The notes below the pieces were generated by a model, which saw only the letters and a list, made by a program, of their open reading frames with translations, was not told the origin of the DNA and searched no databases. A program made the translations under genes and the position numbers. A stretch of DNA of 64,000 nucleotides from positions 17,174 to 81,173 of the forward strand of contig ADNK01001423.1 of the NCBI GenBank assembly GCA_000320545.1, read 5' to 3'. The stretch is from Bigelowiella natans CCMP2755 (lineage: Eukaryota; Protista; Cercozoa). Positions 11,763-24,736 of the stretch are shown in pieces (the stretch's first letter is position 1; the number at the start of each line of letters is the position of its first letter).

Positions 11763-14028
11763 TTACACAACTGTTGAATGTTTTGTCGCTTTGCTCTCTC
11801 TTTCTTTCTTTCTCTCAACGCTATTTCGTTGCCAAATTCGGATGAGCTCTTCGTAGTTTCTCATAAATTCGCTGGGCAACTCCTCATGCGGAACATGCCC
11901 ACAACGCTTTATCCGACACACTCTGACTCCTTCTCCTGAACTCGTCGCTTTTTGCCCTTGCTTCTGCTCTATGGCATCACCACGTATTCGCTGGAGACTG
12001 GACTCGAGTCTCGTTGAGTTTGAGATCGGAACAATCTTGTCCTTCTCGCCGTGAATTATGCCGACAGGGCATGTTAGGCTGGCTAGATGTGCAGGACCGA
12101 TCTTGAGCGGCTCAGCGCGCGAAAGTTCTATAAGCGCTGCGTGCCAGTTTCGGACTTTGACCAGTTGCTGGTAGTGTTGAAGAGCCTCTTTGGGTATCTT
12201 CCTTTTGTCAAACCAAGCTTTTCGCAACACAAGCTCACCGATCTGTGAACGCACTAGCGCTACAAGGAGTTCCTTCATCACTGAGGTCCTTAGAACGTCG
12301 CGGATGAGCTTCGGAAATGGGTCCATAAAGACCATTGGTGAAATGAGCGTTAGCATTGATACCCTAGAAGGGTACAATGTAGCGGCGTAAACCGCCAGGC
12401 AACCTCCCATGCCATGTCCCACCATCCTGCAAGACGAGATGCCGAGTTTATCCAACACCGCGAATAACAACTGGCACGCATATTTCTGCGAAAACGGATT
12501 TGAGGCCATGCGAGCAGCACCGATCTGAAACAGTAGTTGTAATGGAAGAGGGAGGGTAGGAAAATTCGTCTTTAAATATCATCTTGGATGTGCTTGATCT
12601 TTGTGTTCCGAGCGATACGTGTAGTGAATGAGATGAGAATAGGGAGAATAAAAGGAATAATGGGAAGTGGAGCATGCAGTTTACAGCTGGATCATCTTTT
12701 TAAAATATAAGGTTCTACAATACCGCTCTCCTTGTGGTATTCGTTTCCTTTCTCATCTACGTATTACCGGTCTGCTTGTGAGGCCTGCACCAGGCATATC
12801 TAACGCCAGTAAACATGAGCAACCCTTCTGTAGTGGCTGCCAAACCTAAGAACCAGGACCCAGATAAAGCAGAAATATGTGGGAAAACCGAGGGAGGCCG
12901 TGACGAAGGACGATGGTTGATATTTTCAAACTAGGCTCGACACAGCACAAACGCACACATTTACATAATAATCAAAATCTCATATCATATGAGTTTATTG
13001 AAATTTCGTATTAGTAAAAATATAATTTTTATAGCAACCTCACGCCAAGTGTACGTGCTCCCTCCGAATCCGTGCAACAAAACTGTAGTAGCGGCAGAAG
13101 AACTGGTGTCATTCTTCGAGTCCTCCTCCATACCCTCGGCACGCCATAGCTTGTAGTGTAAACGCACATCCATAATATCCATAAACAAGCTATCACCATC
13201 TTTCAAGCTCTCCGGTTCAATACCTCCCCCGTCCTTAAAAGTATGTTCGGTCTCCACATAAGCCATGTGGTCCTGCTTTGCCTCTGCTCCAGGTGTTGGA
13301 ATAGACTTTTCACATTGGGAATTCTCTTCTCCGATCTCGATTTCAGCATCAGAATATTCATCACCGAGTTGCTGCATCCTTGTACCATCGCTTCCACCTT
13401 CGAAACCGAAATCAATACTTTTACCTTTAATCCGTCGCCTCCTGAAAGCAAGAAAGAGCACGATCTGTGCTACGCTTATGAGAACACCAAATAAAGCCAC
13501 CGCCACAGTGGCTGTCTCATTGTTTGCCCAAAGATACAGCAGCTTTACAAGCAAGTACATCACGCTGACGGCGAATGTAACGGAAGCAATGTGTAGTGCG
13601 CGCACAGTCTTGCTTCGATTATACTCAAAACACCAATACTGGATCGAAGCTCTAATAAGCGACAAAACCATCACATCAACCCCCGTGGTACCGAAGCTTC
13701 CAGAAAACTGCATGCTTGCCCAATTGTCATCCGCATCCCGAGCAAAACACCATAAGAATATAGTAATAAAAGGATCTACGATGCATGCGAGCCGTGGGAG
13801 CGAAATTCCAACTATTGAGCAGATACAGCACCAAAGGAACCAGCAGTGAGTCCCTGTGCGCTCGCAGCAACCATCCGCCTCACAGCAGCTCATTGTAGTA
13901 TCTATTTTCTTATTAAACGCTTCGTGGAATAATCCGCTAATGCCATCATCATTTTCATCGTTCTCTTTGTGGCGTGGAAGTGGTATTGGGGAGACAGGCT
14001 CGAATTTGTCTTGCCTCCTGTCGCTCAT
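11763..14028 (-). CDS. Membrane protein: N-terminal 4-helix (MENTAL-like) region + alpha/beta-hydrolase fold domain
   Basis: Exon 14028-13039 encodes hydrophobic helices then VLLHGFGGSTYTWRE. Exon about 12845-12770 gives VWQPLQKGCSCLLALDMPGAGLTSRP. The last exon (about 12525-11763) gives MVGHGMGG, IIHGEKDKIVP and CGHVPHEE. Junctions are GT-AG and in frame. Confidence 0.87.
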
Positions 14029-15061
14029 GATCCGCGTACTGCTTGTTGTGATGCTGGCGACAAGCTATGGGAAAAGATAATATAGCAATGGGAGTGCCTA
14101 TAGAAAATCTCGTCGAAGGGGAGGGTCGTAAGTGGGAGGATCTAGTGGAGGAAGGCAAGCGACAATGCTCTAACTGCTCCTCCTCCTTCTCCTCCTCCTC
14201 CTCCTCGGATGATTGGACTTTGCTCCTCGATACCGGTCGTGGTGTAAACGAGCCGAGCTAAATTACACCTTTCCTCCAATTTTGATATCTACATTAGATT
14301 ATAAGGTGATAAGGCAAGTAAATTAGTGAAAGCTCTATCCGTTGTGGAAAGCTACACAGTAACACATGGAATTGCAAGCGCATCTGCGCCCAAGAGCCAC
14401 ATCGTCATCACTACCCAACTTCATCATATTAGGCACATATATAATTGTCTATTGCATTGCAATTGTCAGTAGTAAACGTTGTGTTGACCGTGAGCACCTC
14501 CTGCGCTTTGGCGATTAGGTGGAAGGGGATGCAATAATACGTCAAGTAATGAGAGACAAAGAGGGGCAAACACGTACAATTACATCGAAGAATCTTTAAA
14601 AATACATGCTGAATTAGTGCATTGTACACTGTTCTTTCATGTCGTACAAAATTATAAAACTTACACCAACATCGATCATAAAGGTCGCAAATCTGAAAAG
14701 CAGGCACCGACGTGATCATTTTCACTCCACGGATATTCGGAATTTTTCCTTTATTTATCATGTCGCATGAAGAAGACGGAACGTGTTATAGCTGCTTCTA
14801 GACGACGTACCTATCCTTCGAAGTGAGTAAGTCATATCTGCTATGAATTCTTCCTAAAATTGCCTTGTTTTAAGCTAAAAAGCAAGGCTAGATCTATTTC
14901 TGTACAAAGAAAGAAAGACGACTAATAATCTTCTTCTTCGGTTCCGAGTCGCCACCCTGTCATCGGAACCTAGACTAGACCGACGAGTAGCTAGCCAGCC
15001 ACACTGCTTTTCTCAAGGGAAGGGGATCAGTAGTAGCAGGTTTGATGTTGGGGTGAAAGCA

Positions 15062-15804
15062 ATGCCTAAAGCAAAGATTGAGGTCATCGGTGCCAGGGGT
15101 TTGACTCACAAGAGCGGGCAGTGGACCGCTTTTGCAACGGTATTATTCGAGAGTTCATCAAAAATGGAGACTGTTCGTTTTGGTGTTCTTGCCGTTCCTC
15201 TGTCAGCTTGTTACAATAAAACTAAACACCAGGTGAGCCTTTGTGGAAGCGTGAAGATAACTCGACGTGTCGTCGGACAGTAAGATTTTTCCATGTTAAA
15301 ACCTCAATTTGAGCATTTGTGTAAGGGTACTCCACATAATTAGGGTATCACCTGAATGGAAGGAAAAATTCGAATTTGCAATACCCAAGGTCTTTCTCAC
15401 ATTTGACATCGTGAAGGATAGTCTATTCTTAATGCAGCAGCTGTTTGTTTCGTATTTAATTAACACCCTATTTCAAACTATTCTTTCTATTGTAGCTCAC
15501 GCTTTTTTGTTTCCATCAGATCGAGGAAGCGAAAGTCCATTTGGCTATTTGGCAGCAAAGGAAAGGGAAGAGGGCCGTTCTTCGTGGCCAAACTGAGGTA
15601 ATATGCAGCCTCGAAGCTAGGCTCGATAATTGTTTATTCCCGGGGAAGAGAACGATCGACAATAAATATGTTCTTTTCTTGAATCATTTCACTCTTCCTT
15701 CCATATAAGATCGACCTCAACCAGCCAAAGTGGGGAGCTCGTGCAAGGCGAGGGTGGTAAGAATGCTAATGATTATGTTGGCTGCTGCAGTGATAATGAG
15801 AATG

Positions 15805-15835
<31 letters not shown>

Positions 15836-18567
15836 TCTTGTAAGACTCGCTTCTGAAGTGAACAGTTCCATTCTCATTAGGTACGACCTCGAAAGTAACA
15901 AAGGCGCGATCGAGATTAAAGTAGTCGTTGTGGGGAAACAAAAGGGATCCACGCGTCGAAGAAGTTCCATACCTCCTACTGCAAAGGTGCTTTCTCTCTC
16001 TTCTCGAAGAGCGAATTCACCACAAACGCAAGCTAAGGCCGCACCAAGGTTTGAAATAATATATCGGAAAATACGAAAACAATATGAAAATATTTCTTAA
16101 TTATTATGGTGCTCTTTCTAACAAAAGAGATGTGGACGTAGCCAAGGATGTTGCGAAAAACGCTAAAGTTTCAACTGAGGAAAAACGGAAACAACCTATT
16201 GCAGAGCTATGTAGCACACTTGAAAACAAGAACATTTATTTGGAGCAAAGCAGCAAAAGCAGCAGCTTACATCATGTAGAAGACTCACCTCCTCCTCCTT
16301 CTCCTCCTCATCCTCCTATGGATAAGCTTCAGGATGAGACAACGACCTTTATTGTAGAGAACTGCAGGTCTGAAAATGTGAGTTCAACGTCAAGTCCAGC
16401 TGCCAGTCCCCAAAAATATGATGGTGGTAAAATAGATTCTTCTTCGACTCCTCGTTCGGAGAACCTGTCAATTATTGGATTGCCCCATGAAATGGCGGCA
16501 AACATCAGAAGTGGATCGTCATCCATCAAAGCTACAGAAGAAGAAGAAGAAGAAGAAGAAGAAGAAGAAGAAGAAAAAGAGGAGGTGCACAAAACGCCGC
16601 AGCGGCAGCCTCAATTTGACCTCTCAAATATTGAGGATGATAACAATATCGGTGCTGCTGGTGGAGGTGGTGGTGGTGCTGCTGCTGCTGGTGGTGGTGT
16701 GCAATTCCCAGCAACCAACGATTTCCTTCACAGCTTTGTCGCAGGGCAACATCCCAACAAGGGTTTCGACTCCCCCCAAATCACAACTCCATACATTGAT
16801 GATGAAGGATCTCAAGGGAGAGAAATCTCACGTAGCCAAGGCGATTTTACCCAGAGCCTCTTAGATTCTTCTTCTTCTCCACGTGCGTGCGTTAGGAGGC
16901 ACAGCAGAGATTTTGATAGAGAACAACCACTCTCCTCGCCGGAGGGCAGTCCACGCAACAGCACTACTAACAACTCCATCAGTACTGGTCTTGAAGCTAC
17001 TATCAGCGCGGATTATGCGGATGATGATGCACAGAGGGGTATGAATTCCTACTACCACTATTACAATAGCACAGATCATCATCATTTTACTTCTAAAGAG
17101 CAGCCTCATCCTCATACAATTACTGGTCATCTAGAAGATTCACAGCTTGCAGAAACTTCATATGCCTCCATTCTTGCGAGCTCGGGAGTTGGGGTGTTTC
17201 TTGACCCAGATCTCCTGAATCACAACAATGCTACGCGAATACTAGAAGAGTATCTTCCTGATATCATCGCAGATAGCAAAGATTCGAGGGCCAGTCAAGA
17301 TAATCGTGATGGCGACCATATCATCAGTCGTCTTGGTAATGAAATGAGAGCCAACGTCTCTACTTCGCTGACCTCCCCTGCGCGCCCTACAACGAGAGGG
17401 TCGCAGAACACAACATTCACAGTATATGAATACAAAAATGGACATCCATATCCCTTCCGGATAAATGACGGGCGACGAGATATTCCAAGCAATATGTACC
17501 TTGAGGAAGAGCCAAATTTTACCCATCATATTCTTGATAGTGCGAGTGAGAATGAGACTGCATACCTTCGACGTTCCTCTTTAATTCTACACCAGAAAAG
17601 AAAAGATGAAGAGAAATGGGAAGGGTTGCATCATAACCACAGCCGAAATCAAAGAAAATGGAAGGTAAGCTAATTTTAATTTTGTTATTTGAAATAATCG
17701 TCCGATGGAAATTTTATGAAAGATTCTGTGTGGATTGATCGCAACTATCTAACTAGAAAGGAAATGAATGCATGCTTGATAATAGGAAAGTTTAAGGCAA
17801 AAAGACAATAGAAGAAATTTATCGGAATCAAGGCTGAAGGTCATTTTAGCCGGAAAGACAGATGAGCACAGAGTGAAATTGAGAACTCCCGGGTAAATGA
17901 AGTTATTGCTACTTCTCATGAGTATTTATTTTTTATATTTATTGAGCTCAATCTTGTAATTTCATCTAAAGGTGTGCTGAGGCTATTCAACGGATGAGAA
18001 AAGCTCATCGTAACCGTGTACACGTTAAGGTATTCTCTTCGGAAAAAGCATTTTTTCGTCTATGTTGTGTAACTCGCAAGTAATCATGATTCCTTCCTTT
18101 TTCAACAGACACATTATGAAAAAGAGGCGGCAAAGCTCCAACAGTCATGGCAAAAGAGAAGGCAAAAAAATATAAAGGAAAATAATGAAATGAGAAAGTT
18201 GAGTTACGATTGTCAGAAAGACTCAAGGGTGGGGACTTCATCTTCGGCAGCTATGGGTTCAGCGCTATCACACAAAGAAGAAATGCGTACAAACATCAAA
18301 GATGGTAGACAAATAATAAAGAACTATGCAGGGAGGAGGCACGAGAAAGGATCGGTTTACTTAGATATACAAATACCAGTCACAGGGCAAGAAGTGCGCA
18401 TTGCCCTACTGGAAAATGTTCAACCTGAAGAGCTTGCTCAGAAATTAGGAACGGAGTACAATCTCAGCAACGACATAATATTGAGGCTGCAACATGAGAT
18501 TCGAGCACAAATTGCTCTTTTAGGACAACTACCGATATCTGAGAAGTCGGATGAGTGCGACAACTAA
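15062..18567 (+). CDS. C2-domain protein with long low-complexity middle and uncharacterised C-terminal domain
   Basis: Small exons assemble a C2 domain: MPKAKIEVIGARGL...MET|LVTIKLNTR|VSPEWKEKFEFAIPK|IEEAKVHLAIWQQR...LRGQTE|IDL...W|YDLESNKGAIEIKVVV. A long S/E/G-rich exon (about 16120-17664) follows. The last exon is ...GSVYLDIQIP...LQHEIRAQI...* at 18567. Confidence 0.75.
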
Positions 18568-19502
18568 ACCATGTGCGCAACGAAACTTAATATCATCCTT
18601 GTTAATGAGCATTGTACATTTTCACTAAATTGGGCATGGTGAACTGGAGCGCCTTGAGTAGATCTAGATATTGCATAGCTACATTAGGATGACTATTGAA
18701 AAGATTTAATCATATCATTACATCCGTCTCATAATGTGCGCATGCGAAGAGAATTATCGAGCTTCGTAGGAGTACGCCGCGTACTCTTCTATCATCTATT
18801 CGGCAAAAGCTACGAGCGAGCATGGGCCTACATTTTGCGACATGCTAGCATGCTTCTCAGGCTGTTACGTTATTCATTAGACACTGCTAGCTCTCGCTGG
18901 CTGGCTTCTGGCTTGCATGGCTCACTACAACATGTCTTTTTGGTGCATGTGTGTGCATCGCTATATAGCTAGATCGCACAACAGCCCGTGCTCCGTTTGC
19001 CATGCTAGCATGGCTAGACAGGCTAGCAGCAGGCTGATTATGCTGAGGCTGGCGTGAGCATATTCGCCAAGTTCACATCACTTCTTCAAGCAGTGTAGCC
19101 ATGCTAGCATGTCTAGCAGATGCTGCACGTGCTTCATGCTGCTAGCTAGCTAGCTAGCATGCCCACAGCACAGCTTGGGCTGACGTACGCATGCTATCAT
19201 GCGCTTCCAGTCAAGCTAGCAATAGGCTCTATAGGATAGCTCTCATCTTGTCATTTATATTTGCTGCATGCTGCATGACAGACTGCGCCGATTTATATAA
19301 CATTTTGCAACGCAAGGCCACAGAGCGAGAGGCAGCTAGCGCGGATGATAGAAAAGCACGACTAGATGTGACATGCAATGCTAGAATGGCCACATTGCAA
19401 ATTACCGATGAATAATAGAAAGAATACGTGTGCGCACAAGCTGTGAATTATGTCTACTCGAGTGTGGACTCTTGGGCAAGCAAAGGTTGTCCATCGTTTC
19501 CT
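18568..19502. repeat. Convergent spacer 3, C2 protein / importin; palindrome-rich core about 18650-19390
   Basis: CATGCTAGCATG at 18841, 19001 and 19100. (GCTA)n run at about 19141-19158. Also holds copy 1 of the 57-bp dispersed repeat. Confidence 0.8.
18675..18732 (+). repeat. Dispersed repeat, copy 1 (about 57 bp; second copy at 33950-34006)
   Basis: ATAGCTACATTAGGATGACTATTGAAAAGATTTAATCATATCATTACATCCGTCTCAT aligns with ATAGCTACATTAGGATGACAATTGAAAAAATGTTATAATTTTATTACATCGTCTCAT. The first 19 nt are identical and the 3' end is conserved. Confidence 0.85.
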
Positions 19503-22500
19503 TCAGGAGAATGGTGCCTTGATCAATTTGTCAATACTGTTCCAAAGCTGCCCAAATTTCTGTTGTCCCAATCGATTAGATATTTTTTTAAGTGCCTCGA
19601 TTGTCGCTCCTCTAACTTTTATCTTAAGGGCTGGGTCGTTGGAGATGAGAATGAGTTTTCGGTGACTTTCTATCCTTTGCTTCTCAGGAATCTGTCTGAC
19701 AGCAGAGAAGTCAGGAATGTAGTTTTTGGTTTCACCGGCTGCCTCCTCCGCCACTACTCCACCACAATAGGCGAGAACGGCGGCGAGATGAGCGCCCACA
19801 AGCCGATCGCTAGGAATGTCCATAAGGCACTTAAGCATCGCTAGTGCCGCTACACGCCGTTTGTACAGCTCCCAGGAATCACCAAGCCGATCAAGCCAGA
19901 TTCCTATTATGGTTCCCAGTACTTGTACCACCTTTTCGTTGCTCCCCGCTACTTGTTTACCGATCAGATCTATGATCCCTTTAGTGTCTTGGAACAACAA
20001 TCGTGTGAGAAGACGTGAGTAGACTCGCAGTGTCTTGTCATTCGATATCCCTACTACTACCCCCCTAGGTGCGTTATTTTTCCTCTCTCCGCTTGCTGCT
20101 GCTGCTGAATCTAGTAACGCCTTAATGATGGTAGAGATCATTGGCTCCATGACTTTCGTGAATTGACAGGGCAATCTTTCAGCCAAGTGCTCGATATTTT
20201 TTACCACCATGACGCGACCTTCGTCCCTTACATCTGCGAAGAGTCGGCACAAGGAGTTCTTCAACAGGTCGCCATGCTTATTCAGAAAGGCGGGTGTAGC
20301 AAGCAAAATATATGAGTTGACGACGGGCAAAGAAGCCATCATGATGTCTATGCCGGTGGTGACGTGGTGTGGCCAGGCGGCGAAAAGATTCGTCAGATCC
20401 TGACTTAGAGAAGGCGTGTTCTGTAGTATCTCGTGCCATAATTCCATGGCAAACCTGAGTTCATTATATTTCTATTAGAGACGCAGCAACGGAATATGTT
20501 ATGAGTAATAATGACAAAGATGTTTGACAAAGAGAGGACATGTACGACACCAATGGCAACGATGACTACCACTACTACTACTACTACTACTACAACAAAT
20601 TACTACTACTACTACGACGACGACGACGACGACGATGAGACAATACTCGATAAGATAGGCTCGGTTTGCCCTTGGATCGAGTGAGTGGTGCAGTACGGTC
20701 ATGAGAAATGGGTGAAGTCTCACACTTTCCCATTCGAGAGCACTGACAATAGCCTTGAGTATCATGATGATGATAGGCCTGAGCTCATCTGGATCTCCAC
20801 ACCGCTTCCATAATTCAGGCAGAAACTTCATCAGCATGGCTACGATTGGCTTGACGTACGTTCCTACAGCCTCAACTATTATCCGGAGTGTCTCTGCCAC
20901 CTTCTGTCGTGCTTGAAGTGTACGGCAGTCGGTGATAAGACCAAGAAGCTGTGCTACATGACCTTGTAGAAATTCCCTGCAATAGCCCTCAAGCCCGTCC
21001 TTGAATGCGAAGTCGTTGACCAGCGATTGGAGGCAGTTGGCGCCCATCAATCTCACTACTGCATCGGTGGATTTTAGTGCACTGCTAACGATGGAATATC
21101 TAATCGAACGTAGAACATAAGATAAGGAGCAAAGGAAAGAAGAGTACGGTTAGTTTGCCTCACGTTTTTGTTGTACTCTACATGTGTAACATTCTATCTG
21201 TTTGGTTTTGGTGAGTGTTGCATGTGTCTCGGTATGCTGCGTCGTTGTTGTCAGCATCATCCATCATGGTCATCATAAGAAGCTGCTTTACGTACGCGGA
21301 GGGCCTCATCTGTGGTTTGACTTGATCCACCCACTCTCCTAAACACCAAACAGCCCTGGCACGCACTATAATGCCCTCATTTTTCCGATCTGATGATGAT
21401 GCGACTATGCCGCCACTAACAGCATCCCTTAGCAAGGCTTTTTTGTACCACTCTTCAAATGGTGCCCGATGCTGCTTTTCTAGTCGCTCAGACACTATGA
21501 AACTCACAGCGCCGAGGGCTTGATAAAGCGCACTCTTTGTGAGCGCATTTTCGAGGGTATTGTTTGCCATTTTATTGGCGATTAGCTTCTTGAGAGCTTC
21601 AAACAACATCGGGCAAATGATATCAGGAAACACGCTGGTGAGCCGTCCAAACAGATTTTCGGCCGCCTTACCAGGATGCTCGTCGTATCTCACATTCTCA
21701 ACTTCTAAGAAGTACTCCTCGCCATCAGAGTTCCACTCTTCTATCTCGGAAGGCTGCAACATCATCAGACGGTACAGGGTTATATTCGCAAGCGTTACTA
21801 CAAACTTCGGTCCGAAAATCTCTCGTAGGATGTTTCTGGCACGCTCTGCAGCTTTGGGGTCTGCTTGAAAGCCTGTTTTATTATTGACGATGATATTAGT
21901 GATGGTAATGATAGCCGCAGAAACACGCTATTGGTTAAAGATAAGATATTTTGACATAAAATGACGAGCTGTCTGCATAAAGAAGAAGAAGAAGAAGAAG
22001 AAGATTAAGGAGAAGAAAGAGAAGATAGAGAAGAAAAAAAGTGTGGGGCAGAGGAGGAGCAGATGGAGAAATCACTGCGAAGAGAATCAAGCCGATGATT
22101 GCTCTTGTGATCCACTTTGTGTCCACGTCATCTTGCTGATAATCGATTTCCGTCTCTGTCTGTGACACTAGTATAATACCTACGCTCGCGTTGAAGACAA
22201 TAGCAACAGCCTCACCGAATTTCGTATACCTTGAAGAAATACATACGGGAAAAAATGTCTGAAACCATCACCATCATCTCCAACTGATGGAATGAGAAAC
22301 ATCATTAGTATCCATTCTTCAAAATCTTACTGTGGGGAGGAGAGGATAGTAGAGAAGAATGTGATAGCTTGCGTCGTCTGCTTCTCGAATATCAATTCTC
22401 GATTAGAACTGAATGGCTTCGTAAGTGACTCCGCATAAAATTGAGCGAAAGGCTTGAGAAATCCAGCAAATCCTATAGGATGCCTTTTAATACATCCTAT

Positions 22501-24409
22501 AATCGTACTGCCAATTACGAGAACCATCGTTCGAAAGGCGTTTGCCAGAGCATGTTGTTTTTGTTGCTGGTCACGACACCTGACAGATGGTAATGATGAT
22601 GATAGTAGTGATGTGATGACATAATCATGATGATTCTTACTTAGGTAGAAGGAGCTTAGAGATCTGCAAGAATCCCTCGAATAAACCGCGTGCATGTTTT
22701 GAATCGTTTAACTTCGCAATGCCGTAGGCAACGAGCACGTTCAGGCAACGCAACAGCTGGAGAGAACGTTCTGACATCGCCTTTGCTTGCTGAAAGTTTC
22801 CTTGTGAGACTGCGCTTATTAGCTGCTGTGTCGTTTTGAACCATGCGGGACGAAGAAAATCCAGCAATGGCCCCGCGGCTTTGTGGAACGCCTTTATCGA
22901 AACGAAAAAATGAGAACTTCATACTATTGTTTGATAACATCATGCGAAATTCATATCTCAGCAGCGGTGACAGCAACCTGATTCTTCCCTCATTATTATC
23001 ATAATCATCATCATCATCATCTGTGCTGTGTACCTACCTTTCTGAGCATGAAGATTCGACGGGAACTCAGCTCTCTCAGCACCTCGAGGAGTAAATGCAA
23101 AGCGCGAATAACCTGAACCTCTGAACCTTTGCTGATCACTTCCAGCGTTGCAGGAAATAAGGTGGGCCATTTTTTGGGCCAATCGAAGCTACACCGACGA
23201 TGATAAAGCAAAAGTAGGAAACTAAATAAGTACTCTCTAAAAATAATTTGAACACGGAACTAGACCGAAGGTAGATAAAGAGGAATAGGGAAACAAAACA
23301 TCACAATAAACTGTCGAAGCGCAGCAGTGAGCGTTGGACGACTACCAAATAATCATCACAACCGCCATTATAATATTATCATCAGATCATAAGGAATAGA
23401 AGATGAAAATATTAGAAGGGGAAAATTAAAATATTGAGAAAAATAGAAGGGGAAAGAATTAGCATCTCTTCGGTGCATGATTGGGCTCAATTGTCTAGTA
23501 TTTTAAGGAAGATGGTAAAAGCTGCCATTTTTCCATTTTATTGCGCAATATCAACTTTTATACGACTCATTGTTCTCTACCGTGCGACTTTAGCTACAGC
23601 AACTGCTACTTGGCGGTAAACCTGGACATTAATGTTTAGCACTTTGCGCTGCTCTTTCAACATATCCACGGGGTCATTAACATGTACGCAACATTATGCA
23701 TACAAATTATATTCATATAAACTACACACCAAGATGTTTTTCTCCGAGAAGGCCGATTTTGATAGTATCTGTTTTTTCAAGTGTTCCTTTTCGTCGTCAC
23801 TGATGTAATACCTATTTTTTTTAGTCATTATTCTTAATCAATCCAGTCTATATCACCATGAGCACCAAGAAGCGAACGATAACAATTTAGCACCATTTCG
23901 CTTCTGAGGCGCCGACTACTAACTAAAGCTTTTGTACTAACCCTCCGCGCTTGTTCCAGTACTTCGCAACCGTGTTTTTAAACTTTAAATAAAAAAGAAG
24001 AATCAATACTGAATATCGTTACCATATATAGAGCAATCGAGAGAATGATGACATGAGCGTGGTGACCTGAATCGCTGCATTCTGCCTCACTTCAAGCTTC
24101 AGCTCCTCCCGGGAGTATATAACCTTTCATTTGATTAGTTGTATTCTAAAAAATGCAACCACAGCAGTAGAAGCAACACAAACAGACCTGGAGGCAGCTC
24201 GTATAACCAGGTGTCACCTCCAATTTCTTAATTTGAGCCTCTGCTGGCTTTCTAATCGCATCCTAAATTGTTCAAAAAACCTGTGTCATAAATATTTTAT
24301 AGAACTCTCTTCTCAATGCCATTGCTGAACTTACCTCAGGCGAGATGCACGCCTGAAGGACGTTGACCAGCCGGCTAAGATTCTCAGGGTTAGGCCTCAG
24401 GGCCGCCAT
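19503..24409 (-). CDS. IPO11: Importin-beta family protein, importin-11 (Kap120)-like; multi-exon, exact 3' end uncertain
   Basis: Start MAALRPNPENLSRLVNVLQACISPE (ATG at 24409). Following exons: DAIRKPAEAQIKKLEVTPGYTSCLQ; EVRQNAAIQ|FKNTVAKYW; VAVAVAKVAR|FDWPKKWPTLF; LHLLLEVLRELSSRRI; EIEEWNSDGEEYF; VRARAVWCLGEW; long HEAT-like exons to about 19503. Confidence 0.82.
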
Positions 24410-24736
24410 AATACCATTCGACCAGTGCTTCTTCTTCCTTGTTCTCGTTGCGTTCGTTGATCTAAAAAGTGTTGCAGGAGTTGTTTTACTGCCGAGTAGT
24501 AAATTTGTCGGAATTATTTCTCACAGAATAAATCCGAGTACTACTGTACGGTTGGCATGTGCGTACGACAAGACACGTGTTAGGTCTACACGTGATAATC
24601 CCTTCAATTGTAACACAAAAAGCACAAAAAGCATAAGAAGAAGACCTTCCCAATCTCTTTTACCTCCCGCCAAACCATAGGAGAGTGATACGAGTGCAGC
24701 TATAGATCTAGCCGTGCGAAGCGGGTTGAGTTTCGG
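24410..24736. promoter_or_regulatory. Probable bidirectional promoter, IPO11 / RAD50 (327 bp between the ATGs)
   Basis: Divergent start codons at 24409 (-) and 24737 (+). Promoter function is inferred from geometry only. Confidence 0.6.

Noticed and set aside
11027-11856. Short ORFs within palindromic spacers (also 18736-18972, 29715-30141, 33616-33816)
   Set aside because: Compositional by-products rich in Ala/Cys/Met/Leu from CTAG/CATG words, with no domain motifs or exon-like splice context.
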